Positions 1 through 12,904 of a stretch of DNA of 64,000 nucleotides are shown one piece after another (position 1 is the stretch's first letter; the number at the start of each line of letters is the position of its first letter). The notes beneath the pieces are model-generated. The model was given only the letters and a program-made list of their open reading frames with translations, was not told the origin of the DNA and ran no database searches. This stretch comes from Candidatus Methylopumilus sp. (GTDB taxonomy: Bacteria > Pseudomonadota > Gammaproteobacteria > Burkholderiales > Methylophilaceae), in contig JBBAON010000005.1 of the NCBI GenBank assembly GCA_040401435.1, forward strand, positions 9,310 to 73,309, written 5' to 3'. The position numbers were made by a program, and so were the translations under genes.

Positions 1-35
1 TGAGATTTTTAGTAAGTTTTGTATTGGTAAGTAAG

Positions 36-671
36 TTATTTTTTACTAAATAGTCTTAATAAAACTCTATACGGGATACCGAAAACAGCAAACATTCGAT
101 GTGTTTCACGTGAAACATTTTCTTGGTTCTTTGGTTCCGTCGACTCGTTAACGTCATACTTTACCCCAGTAAACATGGAAACAATTAAATTGTCTTTATG
201 TAGAATGCTTTCAGTCACTACGCCAAGCACATGAATGCAGACCAGTCCTAACCAAGACCATGCACTATAAAAGTGGATGGCATGCAGCAAAGCGGGTGCA
301 TCAATAAGCCAGCCATCATTAAATACGAAAAATCCACTAATGACTGTTGTGAGGCCTAAAACAAGCAGTAGATAAATAACAAGTGAGCCAGCTGGGTTGT
401 GCCCAACAAATGGTTTTGCTCTGCCTTGGAGAGTCCTCCAGGCGTACCTAACAGCACCCTCTGGGTTGGGCGGGAAACTTTTAAATTTCGCATATCCCGT
501 ACACAAAAACCCCCAAAAAATGCGACTAACGATCAGGCTGCCAGCGACGTAACCCGCGTTGGTGTGTGTAATACGATCCCACTCTGACTCATGCGTGTAA
601 AATGCGATACCGAAAGCAATCACTAAAGACCAGTGAAAAATCCTAACGAATGGATCCCAAACGTATCGCAC
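36..671 (-). CDS. Cytochrome b (cytochrome b561 / Ni-Fe hydrogenase cyt b-like), partner of cytochrome c''
   Basis: WDPFVRIFHW, GHNPAG and further conserved His in hydrophobic helices; GTG start 14 bp downstream of the cytochrome c'' gene. Confidence 0.85.
   Translation of the reverse strand: MRYVWDPFVRIFHWSLVIAFGIAFYTHESEWDRITHTNAGYVAGSLIVSRIFWGFLCTGYAKFKSFPPNPEGAVRYAWRTLQGRAKPFVGHNPAGSLVIYLLLVLGLTTVISGFFVFNDGWLIDAPALLHAIHFYSAWSWLGLVCIHVLGVVTESILHKDNLIVSMFTGVKYDVNESTEPKNQENVSRETHRMFAVFGIPYRVLLRLFSKK
102..117. promoter_or_regulatory. parS centromere site (inside cytochrome b CDS)
   Basis: Perfect palindrome TGTTTCACGTGAAACA matching the canonical parS consensus; parAB about 4 kb away. Confidence 0.9.
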
Positions 672-685
672 TTAAACTGGCTGAA

Positions 686-1111
686 TTACTTAGTTACGGT
701 AATAAGGTAAGCAATGTAATTGCCCTTTTCCTGCGCAGTGCAGTCACGGCCAATGATGTCGTTGCAATGTAAAGTGAAGTTCTTTTCAACAGATTCGATT
801 GATGTGAAGCGTTTTTCGTTCACTGCTGGTGCAAGCGGGCGAATTGGTTTGTTTGTAACAATGTGCTTGCCTTCGTTTGCAGGGTTTGTTGTATGGCACG
901 AAGCGCAAGCAACTTGATTACCCTTAATCGTTAACTCACGATTGAAGAATTTTTTACCGTCTTCTGATGACAGGCCAGTTGAAGCTGGGTTGATGTTTTT
1001 TGCAATGACTGCATATTTGCTTGCAAGTTTTTGTGCTGTTTCAACATCCGCATGAGCGCTGAATGCAGTTACGCTAAGAATCGCTGCAAAGATATAAGAT
1101 AGTTTTTTCAT
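686..1111 (-). CDS. cycA: Periplasmic monoheme cytochrome c'' (SHP/DUF1924 family, His-ligand type)
   Basis: Signal peptide MKKLSY...AHA-DV; CASCH heme motif; C-terminal HCNDIIGRDC; resembles Methylophilus cytochrome c'' as I recall it; start moved to ATG at 1111. Confidence 0.85.
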   Translation of the reverse strand: MKKLSYIFAAILSVTAFSAHADVETAQKLASKYAVIAKNINPASTGLSSEDGKKFFNRELTIKGNQVACASCHTTNPANEGKHIVTNKPIRPLAPAVNEKRFTSIESVEKNFTLHCNDIIGRDCTAQEKGNYIAYLITVTK

Positions 1112-1263
1112 TATGGTCCCCTTTATTAATAATTTGAAGTATGTTGTTAAGAACATGAAGAAATGTTTAAGCAAAATACTTAACTACAACTTACATTATA
1201 TTGATAATAAGACATTTATGTTAAGGAAATATTTCTGTTTAATGTTAATTCAAATTAGAAGCA

Positions 1264-1279
1264 TGTTTCACGTGAAACA
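1264..1279. promoter_or_regulatory. parS centromere site
   Basis: Perfect TGTTTCACGTGAAACA (palindrome extends 1263-1280) upstream of mnmG-rsmG-parAB. Confidence 0.92.
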
Positions 1280-1351
1280 TCGCTGGTTTGGCATGACGTG
1301 GTCTTTAGATTAAAGTAAAATATAAATCTTTCGTTATTAAGCATTATTTTC

Positions 1352-3274
1352 ATGCAATTCACAGAAAAATTTGATGTGATCGTTATTGGTGGTGGTCATG
1401 CTGGAACAGAGGCTGCCTTAGCATCCGCTCGCATGGGACAAAAAACCCTGCTGTTAACGCATAACATCGAAACACTCGGCCAGATGTCGTGTAATCCCTC
1501 TATAGGTGGAATTGGCAAGGGTCATTTAGTTAAAGAGATTGACGCGCTGGGCGGCGCTATGGGGGCTGCCACTGATGAAGGCGGCATTCAGTTTCGCATA
1601 TTGAATTCCAGCAAGGGCCATGCTGTTCGGGCGACGAGAGCGCAAGCGGATCGTATTCTTTACAAAGCGGCGATTCGACATCGTTTAGAAAATAAAGAAA
1701 ACTTATGGCTCTTTCAGCAAGCGGTTGATGACATCATTCTTGACGGTGACAAGGTGTCGGGCGTGGTCACGCAAATTGGACTTCGATTCGAAGCTAAGTC
1801 AGTTGTATTAACCGCGGGCACATTTCTGTCAGGCTTAATTCACGTGGGGTTAAGTCATTATCAGGCTGGTCGGGCAGGTGATCCGCCGGCCATTTCACTC
1901 GCCTCAAGACTGAGAGAGATTGGCCTACCTGTCGGCCGCCTAAAAACAGGTACACCGCCTCGCATTGATGGTCGGACCATTGATTATTCGGTAATGCAAG
2001 AACAGCCGGGCGATAATCCGGCACCGGTATTTTCATTTTTGGGAAATGTCAGTCAGCATCCTAGACAAGTCTCTTGCTGGATTACGCATACCAATGCAAA
2101 CACACACGATATCATTAGAAGTGGCCTGGATAGATCCCCAATGTATACAGGCGTGATCGAAGGAATTGGTCCACGCTACTGCCCTTCTGTTGAAGATAAA
2201 ATTCATCGATTTGCTGATAAAGAATCTCATCAAATTTTCCTAGAGCCTGAAGGCTTGGAAACCAACGAAATTTATCCGAACGGCATATCAACTAGCCTCC
2301 CTTTTGATATTCAATATCAGTTGGTTCGCTCGATTCGCGGCCTTGAGAAAGCGCACATTCTTCGTCCGGGTTATGCGATTGAGTATGATTATTATGATCC
2401 GCGCGGCCTGAAAGATTCGTTAGAAACTAAAGCGGTAAGAGGCTTATTTTTTGCAGGTCAAATTAACGGAACAACTGGTTACGAGGAAGCTGCCGCGCAA
2501 GGATTGTTAGCGGGTGCTAACGCAGCCCTTTGTGCGCAAGAGAAAGACAGCTGGTGCCCAAGTCGCAATCAAGCCTATTTAGGAGTTTTGGTTGATGATT
2601 TGATTACCCGAGGCGTGACCGAACCCTATCGCATGTTTACAAGTCGAGCAGAGTATCGATTATTGCTGCGTGAAGATAACGCCGACATTCGATTGACAGA
2701 GGCTGGTCGGAAAATTGGTTTGGTTGATGATGTCCGCTGGGAAGCATTTTCTCGCAAACAAGAGGCAGTTTCGCAAGAGCAGGAGCGTTTAAAATCTACT
2801 TGGGTACGTCCAGCGACGCTGCCAAAGGAGGATGCAATTCGCGTGCTTGGTAAACCAATTGAACATGAATATTCTTTGTTTGAATTACTGCGTCGACCAG
2901 AATTAAGCTACGAAGCACTGCTGAGTTTACCAACCAGCGAAGCTGCTGTTAGATATCAGGATATCGCCGAAGAAGTCCGCCAACAAGTTGATATCGCAGC
3001 AAAATATCAGGGTTATATCGATAGACAGCAAGATGAAATTGAACGTGCAGCGGGCAGTGAACACACGCAGCTGCCAGAAGATATGGACTATGCTGATGTA
3101 CATGGCTTGTCGATTGAGGTTCAGCAAAAGCTCGCACAACACAAACCGCAAACGATTGGTCAGGCGAGTCGTGTATCAGGCGTGACCCCAGTGGCGGTCT
3201 CATTATTACTGGTTTATCTCAAAAGAAAAAATCGCGTAAAAAAATTACATGTAGATGGTGAAAAAGTCGCGTGA
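1352..3274 (+). CDS. mnmG: tRNA U34 carboxymethylaminomethyl modification enzyme MnmG (GidA)
   Basis: [13 protein letters not shown] motif, [32 protein letters not shown]. Confidence 0.98.
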   Translation: MQFTEKFDVIVIGGGHAGTEAALASARMGQKTLLLTHNIETLGQMSCNPSIGGIGKGHLVKEIDALGGAMGAATDEGGIQFRILNSSKGHAVRATRAQADRILYKAAIRHRLENKENLWLFQQAVDDIILDGDKVSGVVTQIGLRFEAKSVVLTAGTFLSGLIHVGLSHYQAGRAGDPPAISLASRLREIGLPVGRLKTGTPPRIDGRTIDYSVMQEQPGDNPAPVFSFLGNVSQHPRQVSCWITHTNANTHDIIRSGLDRSPMYTGVIEGIGPRYCPSVEDKIHRFADKESHQIFLEPEGLETNEIYPNGISTSLPFDIQYQLVRSIRGLEKAHILRPGYAIEYDYYDPRGLKDSLETKAVRGLFFAGQINGTTGYEEAAAQGLLAGANAALCAQEKDSWCPSRNQAYLGVLVDDLITRGVTEPYRMFTSRAEYRLLLREDNADIRLTEAGRKIGLVDDVRWEAFSRKQEAVSQEQERLKSTWVRPATLPKEDAIRVLGKPIEHEYSLFELLRRPELSYEALLSLPTSEAAVRYQDIAEEVRQQVDIAAKYQGYIDRQQDEIERAAGSEHTQLPEDMDYADVHGLSIEVQQKLAQHKPQTIGQASRVSGVTPVAVSLLLVYLKRKNRVKKLHVDGEKVA

Positions 3275-3921
3275 GTCAGCAGGCAATACTCGAAAAAGGC
3301 ATTAAAGAGGCCAGATTAGATATTTCAGCGCAAACACAAGAAAAGCTGCTCGATTATTTAACGCTCATGCAAAAGTGGAATAAGGTGCACAACCTCACCG
3401 CAGTTCGGGAAGCCGATGAAATGGTTACCTTGCATCTTTTAGATAGCTTGGTCGTTTTGCCGTTTATTGATGCGGATAATTTGCTTGATGTAGGGAGTGG
3501 TGCTGGGCTGCCAGGCATTCCCTTGGCAATATGTTTGCCTGATTTAAAAGTCACAGTTATTGACTCCAATAATAAAAAAGTAAGTTTTATGCGCCAAGCC
3601 AAGGCCGAACTAGGAATAGAAAATTTAGAGGTGCTGGGCGGCAGAGTTGAAGATATTTCAGCCGCGAGGCGTTTTCAAATCATTATTTCTCGCGCTTTTT
3701 CGGACTTGAGTTTGTTTATTTCATTAACGCATCACCTATTAAACGAACAAGGTAAATGGCTTGCGATGAAAGGTGTATATCCTGAAGCGGAGCTCGCTGA
3801 TCTTTCAGCAAAAACAGGCGTTACGGCCTCAAAAGTGGAAGTATTAAATGTGCCAGGACTTGATGCACAAAGACATTTAGCGTTTTTGCCATACCACTCT
3901 AATAGTAATCTTTTAAAGTAA
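3271..3921 (+). CDS. rsmG: 16S rRNA m7G527 methyltransferase RsmG (GidB)
   Basis: [28 protein letters not shown]; GTGA overlap with mnmG. Confidence 0.96.
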   Translation: MSQQAILEKGIKEARLDISAQTQEKLLDYLTLMQKWNKVHNLTAVREADEMVTLHLLDSLVVLPFIDADNLLDVGSGAGLPGIPLAICLPDLKVTVIDSNNKKVSFMRQAKAELGIENLEVLGGRVEDISAARRFQIIISRAFSDLSLFISLTHHLLNEQGKWLAMKGVYPEAELADLSAKTGVTASKVEVLNVPGLDAQRHLAFLPYHSNSNLLK

Positions 3922-3931
3922 AGTAGGTAGC

Positions 3932-4705
3932 ATGATGAAGATATTAGCGATTACAAATCAAAAGGGTGGCGTTGGAAAAACCACAACTTGCGTCAACTTG
4001 GCAGCAAGTTTGGCGAGTCTTGGTAGCCGAGTACTGCTCGTTGATTTAGACCCGCAAGGGAACGCAACAACGGGAAGCGGTATTGATAAAGCGCAGGTAA
4101 AACACACCATCTATCACGTGCTGATCGGAGATAAAACGGTCGCTGAAGTAATACAGAAAACCGAAAAAGGCCTTTTTGATCTATTGCCTGCTAACAGAGA
4201 TTTGGCGGGTGCAGAAGTTGAGCTTGTCAATGAAATTGGGCGTGAAACCAAGCTTAAGGTAGCGTTGGCGGCCATTAAGGATCATTACGATTATATTTTG
4301 TTGGACTGCCCTCCTGCGCTTAACCTCGTTACAGTCAATGCATTAACGGCAGCGCACTCGGTCATGATTCCGATGCAGTGTGAATATTATGCCTTAGAAG
4401 GACTTACCGATTTAGTAAACACCATCAAGAAAGTACGTACTCACCTTAATCCTATACTAGAGATCGAGGGCTTATTACGTACAATGTTTGATAATCGTAA
4501 TATGTTGGCACAGCAGGTTTCAGCGCAATTGGTGAGCCATTTTGGCGATAAGGTTTACGACACACTCATTCCTAGAAATGTGCGTTTAGCTGAAGCTCCG
4601 AGCTATGGGATGCCTGCATTGATTTATGATAAATCATCTAAAGGCGCCCAAGCATATTTGCAACTTGCAGAAGAAATTCTTGCGAGAGCAAAAGCAAAAA
4701 AATAG
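3932..4705 (+). CDS. parA: Chromosome partitioning ATPase ParA
   Basis: NQKGGVGKTTT, DLDPQGNAT, QCEYYALEG, PRNVRLAEAPS. Confidence 0.97.
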   Translation: MMKILAITNQKGGVGKTTTCVNLAASLASLGSRVLLVDLDPQGNATTGSGIDKAQVKHTIYHVLIGDKTVAEVIQKTEKGLFDLLPANRDLAGAEVELVNEIGRETKLKVALAAIKDHYDYILLDCPPALNLVTVNALTAAHSVMIPMQCEYYALEGLTDLVNTIKKVRTHLNPILEIEGLLRTMFDNRNMLAQQVSAQLVSHFGDKVYDTLIPRNVRLAEAPSYGMPALIYDKSSKGAQAYLQLAEEILARAKAKK

Positions 4706-4736
4706 TAAACATCCGGTATTGAAGAATGGACAAAAA

Positions 4737-5585
4737 ATGGTGAAACTTAAGGGTTTGGGACGCGGCTTAGATGCGTTGTTGGCGAATGACATAGAGGCCA
4801 GTAGTCAGTCTGATAGCTTGGCAACTTTATCGGTAGATAAGCTTCAGCCAGGCAAGTATCAACCTAGAACACATATGGATCAGGCTTCCCTAGAGAGTCT
4901 TGCGGATTCTATTCGTACGCAGGGCATCATGCAGCCGATCGTTGTTCGCCTTGTGGGTGATGGCAAGTACGAGATCATTGCCGGCGAGAGAAGGTGGCGA
5001 GCATCCCAGATTGCTGGCTTGAAAGAGGTGCCGGTGATCATCAAAGAGATCGCCGATAACGTTGCGCTGGCGATGGCGTTGATTGAAAATATTCAGCGGG
5101 AAAATCTTAATCCGATTGAAGAAGCTAATGGGATTCAGCGTTTGATATATGAGTTTGATATGACGCACGAGTCAGCAGCGCATGCGGTTGGCCGATCACG
5201 TAGCGCGGTGACTAATTTGTTACGACTGCAAAATCTCCACGCGGTTGTTCAGGAAATGTTGGCGCAGTCAAAACTTGATATGGGTCACGCCCGGGCGCTT
5301 CTTACCTTGGAGGGCGCTAAACAAATTACTGCTGCCGAAGAGATTGTACAAAACCATTTATCTGTTCGTTCGGCGGAACAATTAGTCAAAAAATTATCAA
5401 GTATTGAGCGTTTACCTGTTAAGGCGACAACTAAGGATTGTGATGTGCTTCGTTTGCAAGAACAGTTGGCACAGAGCCTCGGGGCGGTAGTTACAATTGA
5501 TAGCAGTAAAAACGGATCTGGGACCCTAAAGATTCGATATGCTAGCCTTGAACAGTTAGATGAAATTATTTTGAAATTTAATTAA
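4737..5585 (+). CDS. parB: Chromosome partitioning protein ParB
   Basis: KGLGRGLDALL N-terminus (start moved to ATG 4737), GERRWRA, ENIQRENL, HTH. Confidence 0.96.
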   Translation: MVKLKGLGRGLDALLANDIEASSQSDSLATLSVDKLQPGKYQPRTHMDQASLESLADSIRTQGIMQPIVVRLVGDGKYEIIAGERRWRASQIAGLKEVPVIIKEIADNVALAMALIENIQRENLNPIEEANGIQRLIYEFDMTHESAAHAVGRSRSAVTNLLRLQNLHAVVQEMLAQSKLDMGHARALLTLEGAKQITAAEEIVQNHLSVRSAEQLVKKLSSIERLPVKATTKDCDVLRLQEQLAQSLGAVVTIDSSKNGSGTLKIRYASLEQLDEIILKFN

Positions 5586-5601
5586 AAGTCATCGGCCATG
5601 C

Positions 5602-5630
5602 TTGACTTGAAATGAATAAAACAAGACAAT
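5602..5630 (+). promoter_or_regulatory. Putative sigma70 promoter of the atp operon
   Basis: TTGACT-N17-GACAAT, 52 bp upstream of atpI. Confidence 0.6.
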
Positions 5631-5682
5631 CCACGACTTCGAACTAAACGTTCATGAGCTGTTTTAATCATAAAAATAATAA

Positions 5683-6081
5683 ATGGAAAATATTAAAACA
5701 GTGCAAGTGTACAAACAAATGTTGAAGTGGCAGCTTGTCGCGACAATTTTAGTAGCAATAGTCGTATCAATTGTGGCTCAAAGATTAGGTTTGTCACCTG
5801 AGCACGCGGGCATTAGTGCTTTAGCGGGTGGGATGTCAGCTGTTTTGGGCGGAATAGCCGGTGCATTGATTGCTAGAAGTGGTGATAAGAAAAATGACGC
5901 TGGTGCAATTCTCATTACGATGCTTAAAGCTGAAGCGGTGAAAATTTTTGTAATTGCATTAGTGCTTTTCTTGACTTTCAAGCTTTATAACGAACATTTG
6001 GTTCCAATCGCTTTAATTTTGGGCCTAGCGGCATCAGCCATCATGTCTGGTGCAGCTTTTATTGGTTTAGACAAAAAATAA
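5683..6081 (+). CDS. atpI: ATP synthase protein I
   Basis: Small multi-TM protein with KAEAVK motif, first gene of the atp operon. Confidence 0.85.
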   Translation: MENIKTVQVYKQMLKWQLVATILVAIVVSIVAQRLGLSPEHAGISALAGGMSAVLGGIAGALIARSGDKKNDAGAILITMLKAEAVKIFVIALVLFLTFKLYNEHLVPIALILGLAASAIMSGAAFIGLDKK

Positions 6082-6112
6082 AGATAGACACAAGTTTTTA
6101 AGGGTTTGATTT

Positions 6113-6928
6113 ATGGCAACTGAACACGCACTAACACCATCAGGCTACATTGAGCATCATCTCTCATTTAACAGTCAATCAATAGGTAATGGCTCATTCT
6201 GGACATTACACGTTGACACGCTCGTGATGTCGGTGGCATTAGGTATTATAGCGATAGGGTTGATTTGGTTAGTGTCGCGTGGTGCAACGGCTGGCGTACC
6301 AACTAAGCGTCAAGCATTTATGGAGTTGATATTTGACTTCGTGGATGATCAAGTTAAAAACATCTACCATGGTAATCGTCATACGTTCATTGCCCCAGCA
6401 GCACTGACAGTGTTTGTTTGGGTGTTCATGATGAACGCGATGGATTTTTTGCCAATCGATATCGTTGCTAAATACATCGTTGAACCAATTGGCGGAGAAC
6501 ATACTTTTTGGCGCTCAGTTCCAACTTCGGATATCAACACAACTTTCGCGCTAGCGCTGACCGTTTGGTTTTTAATGATCTTCTTTGCAATTAAATCAAA
6601 GGGACTTGGTGGCTGGATTCATGAACTATTTTGTTCACCATTCGGTACGAACCCACTTATTTGGCCTGCAAATTTCTTATTCAACTTAATCGAGTATGTA
6701 TCAAAACCACTCTCACATTCATTGCGACTATTCGGCAACATGTATGCGGGTGAGGTGATCTTCTTGTTGTTAGGTCTATGGGCTGCTACAGGTGTAACGG
6801 GCACAATCGCTGGCGCGATTTTGGGTGCCGGATGGTCAATTTTCCATATCTTGATCGTTGCGTTGCAGGCATTCATTTTCATGATGTTAACTGTGGTTTA
6901 CTTGGCGATGGCGCAAGAGAGTCATTGA
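6113..6928 (+). CDS. atpB: F0 subunit a
   Basis: [28 protein letters not shown]. Confidence 0.97.
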   Translation: MATEHALTPSGYIEHHLSFNSQSIGNGSFWTLHVDTLVMSVALGIIAIGLIWLVSRGATAGVPTKRQAFMELIFDFVDDQVKNIYHGNRHTFIAPAALTVFVWVFMMNAMDFLPIDIVAKYIVEPIGGEHTFWRSVPTSDINTTFALALTVWFLMIFFAIKSKGLGGWIHELFCSPFGTNPLIWPANFLFNLIEYVSKPLSHSLRLFGNMYAGEVIFLLLGLWAATGVTGTIAGAILGAGWSIFHILIVALQAFIFMMLTVVYLAMAQESH

Positions 6929-6985
6929 TCTATATGTGATTTGTTTTTTTTAGTAGTTTAGTAATTTAGTTTGTAATAGTAGTAA

Positions 6986-7294
<309 letters not shown>

Positions 7295-7340
7295 GCTAAC
7301 AAATTAAATAAATTAGCTTAACTGGAGTCTGGGAGCAAAA

Positions 7341-7811
7341 ATGGATATTAACTTTACACTGGTAGCACAAGCGATTGCATTCTTTGTGCTCATCGTGTTC
7401 ACCATGAAATTTGTGTGGCCACCTTTGCTAAATGCAATCGAAACACGTCAAAAAGAAATTGCTGATGGTTTGGCTGCAGGTGAAAAAGGCCGTGCTGAAT
7501 TAGAGCAGTCTTCTAAGCGTGCTTCTGAAGCACTTAACGAAGCTAAAGTAAAAGCATCAGAGATCTTAGCGCTTGCTGAAAAGCGTGCGACGCAGATCGT
7601 TGAAGATGCTAAAGGTACAGCTAAAGTTGAAGGCGATCGGATTATCACTGGTGCAAAAGCTGAAATCGAGCAAGAGATTAACCGCGCTAAAGAAGGCTTA
7701 CGTCAGCAAGTATCGACGTTAGCCATCGCTGGTGCTGAAAAAATCTTGCGTAAAGAAATTGACGCTAAAGCGCACGCAGAGATTTTAACTGCAATCGCTA
7801 AAGAGCTTTAG
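7341..7811 (+). CDS. atpF: F0 subunit b
   Basis: MDINFTL, KFVWPPL, coiled-coil region. Confidence 0.97.
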   Translation: MDINFTLVAQAIAFFVLIVFTMKFVWPPLLNAIETRQKEIADGLAAGEKGRAELEQSSKRASEALNEAKVKASEILALAEKRATQIVEDAKGTAKVEGDRIITGAKAEIEQEINRAKEGLRQQVSTLAIAGAEKILRKEIDAKAHAEILTAIAKEL

Positions 7812-7827
7812 GAGGCCTTGGTAAATC

Positions 7828-8364
7828 ATGGCTGAAGCGATAACGATAGCAAGGCCTTATGCCACAGCGGTTTTCCGCTTGGCTAAGGAAAAAAAAGCAT
7901 TAGCTAAATGGTCTGGAGAATTAGCGTTCATTGGTGCAGTTTCTGATAATGCACAAGTAAAAGCTTTAATCGATGACCCAAAATTACCTTCAAGTGAACT
8001 AGAGCGTGCGCTACTTGCTATCTTTGATGGCAAGCTAAGCGATACGGCAGTTAATTTGGTTAAATTACTAGTTGAGAACAATCGACTCGTCATTGTTGCG
8101 GACATTGTTGCTGCCTTTGAGGAATTAAAAGCACTCGATGAAGGTATGCTAGAGGCTGAGTTAACAGTGGCCTCAAAACCAACCGACGCACAAGTAAGTG
8201 CGATAGTGAAGCAATTGGAAGCGAAGTTTGGTAAAAAAATTGAAGCTCAAGTGAAATTGGATCCTGAATTAATTGGTGGGATCAAAATTGTTGTTGGCGA
8301 TACAGTAATCGATGCATCAGTACGTGGCCAATTGCAGTCACTTGCATACACGCTTAAAGGTTAG
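7828..8364 (+). CDS. atpH: F1 subunit delta
   Basis: TIARPYA, LIGGIKIVVGDTVIDAS. Confidence 0.97.
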   Translation: MAEAITIARPYATAVFRLAKEKKALAKWSGELAFIGAVSDNAQVKALIDDPKLPSSELERALLAIFDGKLSDTAVNLVKLLVENNRLVIVADIVAAFEELKALDEGMLEAELTVASKPTDAQVSAIVKQLEAKFGKKIEAQVKLDPELIGGIKIVVGDTVIDASVRGQLQSLAYTLKG

Positions 8365-8406
8365 ACACTTAAAAGTTTAGACCATCATAGGTCAGGAGAC
8401 ATAAAA

Positions 8407-9948
8407 ATGCAGTTATCAACATCAGAAATCAGTGAACTGATTAAAAGTCGTCTAGAGAACTTCTCTACGACTGCTGAAGCACGTACCCAAGGTACCGTTG
8501 TTTCAGTTACGGACGGTATTGTACGTGTTCACGGTCTATCAAATGTAATGGCCGGTGAAATGATCGAGTTCCCAGGCAACACATTCGGTTTAGCGTTAAA
8601 CCTAGAGCGTGACTCAGTGGGTGCCGTTGTTCTTGGTGATTACGAACACATTACAGAAGGCGACATATGTAAATGTACAGGTCGTATTTTGGAAGTGCCA
8701 GTAGGTCCAGAACTTATCGGTCGTGTGGTTGATGCGCTAGGTCGTCCAATCGACGGCAAGGGTCCAATCAACGCAAAAATGACGGATAAAATTGAAAAAG
8801 TTGCGCCAGGCGTTATTGCACGTAAATCAGTTTCACAACCAGTTCAAACAGGTATTAAAGCAATTGACGCAATGGTGCCAGTTGGCCGCGGTCAACGTGA
8901 ATTGATTATTGGTGACCGTCAAACTGGTAAAACAGCAGTTGCAATTGATGCAATCATCAATCAAAAAGGTCAAAACATGACCTGTATCTATGTAGCGGTT
9001 GGCCAAAAGGCTTCAACCATTGCTAACGTGGTACGTAAACTTGAACAATACGGTGCGATGGAGTACACGATTATTGTTGCGGCTTCAGCATCTGACTCTG
9101 CAGCGTTGCAATTTATTGCTCCTTACTCAGGTTGTACGATGGGTGAATACTTCCGTGACCGTGGTCAAGACGCATTGATCATCTACGATGATTTGACAAA
9201 ACAAGCGATCGCTTACCGTCAAATCTCTCTATTACTACGCCGTCCACCAGGCCGTGAAGCTTACCCAGGTGACGTGTTCTATCTCCACTCACGTTTGTTA
9301 GAGCGTGCAGCGCGTGTAAACGAAGAGTACGTAGAAAAATTCACGAATGGTGAAGTCAAGGGTAAAACAGGTTCATTGACTGCATTGCCGATTATTGAAA
9401 CACAAGCTGGGGACGTTTCTGCATTCGTTCCAACTAACGTGATTTCAATTACAGACGGTCAGATCTTCTTGGAAACAGACTTGTTCAACGCTGGTATCCG
9501 TCCTGCGATTAATGCTGGTATTTCAGTGTCTCGCGTTGGTGGTGCTGCGCAAACTAAAGTGGTTAAGAAGCTTGGCGGTGGTGTTCGTTTAGCACTTGCG
9601 CAATACCGTGAATTGGCGGCGTTTGCTCAGTTTGCTTCAGATTTGGACGAAGCAACACGTAAGCAACTTGAACGTGGTCGTTTGGTAACCGAGTTGATGA
9701 AGCAAGCGCAATACTTGCCACTTTCTGTTTCAGAAATGGCAATCAGCTTGCAAGCAGCGAACAAGGGTTACTTGGACGATGTACCAGTGACGAAAGTATT
9801 AGCTTTCGAATCTGCATTACATGCATTCATTAAAGCTAAATACAAGGGATTGGTAGAGCGTATTGAAGCAACTTTAGATCTATCAAAAGAGGATGACAAA
9901 GAATTGACATCAGCTATTGAAGATTTCAAAGCCAATAGCGCTTATTAA
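8407..9948 (+). CDS. atpA: F1 subunit alpha
   Basis: [21 protein letters not shown]. Confidence 0.99.
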   Translation: MQLSTSEISELIKSRLENFSTTAEARTQGTVVSVTDGIVRVHGLSNVMAGEMIEFPGNTFGLALNLERDSVGAVVLGDYEHITEGDICKCTGRILEVPVGPELIGRVVDALGRPIDGKGPINAKMTDKIEKVAPGVIARKSVSQPVQTGIKAIDAMVPVGRGQRELIIGDRQTGKTAVAIDAIINQKGQNMTCIYVAVGQKASTIANVVRKLEQYGAMEYTIIVAASASDSAALQFIAPYSGCTMGEYFRDRGQDALIIYDDLTKQAIAYRQISLLLRRPPGREAYPGDVFYLHSRLLERAARVNEEYVEKFTNGEVKGKTGSLTALPIIETQAGDVSAFVPTNVISITDGQIFLETDLFNAGIRPAINAGISVSRVGGAAQTKVVKKLGGGVRLALAQYRELAAFAQFASDLDEATRKQLERGRLVTELMKQAQYLPLSVSEMAISLQAANKGYLDDVPVTKVLAFESALHAFIKAKYKGLVERIEATLDLSKEDDKELTSAIEDFKANSAY

Positions 9949-9973
9949 TTCGTAGTCAAGCTGGAGCTAAATA

Positions 9974-10843
9974 ATGGCTGGTAGTAAGGAAATTAGAACC
10001 AAGATCAAGAGTGTAGAAAATACACGAAAGATCACGAAAGCCATGGAAATGGTGGCGGCATCAAAAATGCGTAAAGCGCAGGAACGTATGCGTGCTGCCC
10101 GTCCATACGCAGAAAAGATTCGTAACGTTGCGGCTCACATGTCTCATGCTGAGCCTGAGTACAAGCACCCTTTCCTAGTTAAACGTGAAGGCGTTAAAAA
10201 CGTCGGCGTGATCATTGTGACTTCGGATAAGGGTTTGTGCGGTGGTTTGAACACTAACGTGTTGCGCGTTGCAGTGAATCAAATGCAAGCTTGGGAAGCT
10301 GAAAATCTTTCTGTACAAGTGTGTGCAATCGGTAACAAGGGCTTAGGCTTAATGAACCGTATCAGTGCAAATGTGAAATCGCAGATGACTGGTTTAGGCG
10401 ATGCACCGCAGATGGAAAAACTTATCGGCCCAATTAAAGTGATGTTAGATGCTTACGTTGCTGGCGAAATTGATCAGTTGTATGTTGTATACAACAAATT
10501 CATTAACGCGATGAAACAAGAAACGAAATTAGAGCTACTACTCCCACTTTCAGGTGAAAGCCTTGGTGCACCAAAAGGTCACTGGGATTACATCTACGAG
10601 CCTGATGCGCAAGTGGTGATTGATGATTTGATGGTGCGTTATGTTGAATCAGTCATTTATCAAGCAGTCGCTGAAAACATGGCATCTGAGCAAAGTGCTC
10701 GTATGGTAGCGATGAAAGCAGCGTCTGATAATGCGAAGACTGTGATTGGCGAATTGAAACTGGTTTACAACAAAGCGCGTCAAGCAGCGATTACGAAAGA
10801 AATTTCTGAAATCGTTGGTGGTGCGGCAGCGGTATCGGGTTAA
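9974..10843 (+). CDS. atpG: F1 subunit gamma
   Basis: [33 protein letters not shown]. Confidence 0.98.
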   Translation: MAGSKEIRTKIKSVENTRKITKAMEMVAASKMRKAQERMRAARPYAEKIRNVAAHMSHAEPEYKHPFLVKREGVKNVGVIIVTSDKGLCGGLNTNVLRVAVNQMQAWEAENLSVQVCAIGNKGLGLMNRISANVKSQMTGLGDAPQMEKLIGPIKVMLDAYVAGEIDQLYVVYNKFINAMKQETKLELLLPLSGESLGAPKGHWDYIYEPDAQVVIDDLMVRYVESVIYQAVAENMASEQSARMVAMKAASDNAKTVIGELKLVYNKARQAAITKEISEIVGGAAAVSG

Positions 10844-10885
10844 TTACGACATCAATATCGAATACAAATATCGAATTAAGCATAG

Positions 10886-12316
<1,431 letters not shown>

Positions 12317-12365
12317 TTTGCTATAAAAACTAGCTAAACAGACAGAAAGCAAATAGGTAACTAAT

Positions 12366-12788
12366 ATGGCAACAACAATACAAATCGATGTAGTCAGTGC
12401 TGAAGAATCTATCTTTTCAGGTGAGGCAGAGTTCGTTGTCGCTCCTGCATTGATGGGTGAAGTTGGTATTTATCCACGTCACACGCCTATGCTTACAAGT
12501 ATTAAGCCGGGTGCGTTGCGTATTAAATTAGCAGCAGGCGATGAACAATTAATCTTTGTTTCTGGCGGCATTCTAGAGGTTCAACCAGGCCTAGTGACCG
12601 TTCTTGCTGATACAGCGATTCGTGGTCATGACTTGGATGAGGCGAAAGCGTTAGAAGTCAAACGCCTTGCTGAAGAAACCTTGAAGAGCAACGCGAGCGA
12701 AGTTAATTATGCATTAGCCCAAAGCGAGTTGGTTGAGGCATTGGCTCAACTGCAAGCGATTGCTAAATTACGTAAAACAACTCACTAA
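12366..12788 (+). CDS. atpC: F1 subunit epsilon
   Basis: [21 protein letters not shown]. Confidence 0.97.
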   Translation: MATTIQIDVVSAEESIFSGEAEFVVAPALMGEVGIYPRHTPMLTSIKPGALRIKLAAGDEQLIFVSGGILEVQPGLVTVLADTAIRGHDLDEAKALEVKRLAEETLKSNASEVNYALAQSELVEALAQLQAIAKLRKTTH

Positions 12789-12814
12789 GCAGCATTGTTT
12801 TAAAAGCAAAAAAG

Positions 12815-12839
12815 AAAGGCAGCTGAGGCTGCCTTTTTT
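12815..12839 (+). terminator. Intrinsic terminator of the atp operon
   Basis: AAAGGCAGC-TGAG-GCTGCCTTT followed by T run. Confidence 0.88.
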
Positions 12840-12866
12840 GTTATGTAGGCCTGATTCCATTACAAT
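12838..12866 (+). promoter_or_regulatory. Putative sigma70 promoter of glmUS
   Basis: TTGTTA-N17-TACAAT overlapping the terminator T tract. Confidence 0.5.
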
Positions 12867-12904
12867 GAAATACATAAGGCAAAACCATTAGTCATTATTA
12901 AATT

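Noticed and set aside
1113-1313. 66-aa ORF containing MFHVKH
   Set aside because: MFHVKH is simply the translation of the parS palindrome; the ORF spans a promoter region and has no recognisable product.
1112-1351. Possible oriC in the AT-rich gap upstream of mnmG
   Set aside because: No TTATCCACA-type DnaA boxes seen; only parS and divergent promoter sequence.
8353-8382. Short imperfect duplication CTTAAAGGTTAGAC / CTTAAAAGTTTAGAC at the atpH end (also AATATCGAAT twice at 10854-10876)
   Set aside because: Two-copy micro-duplications in spacers, with no evidence of function.
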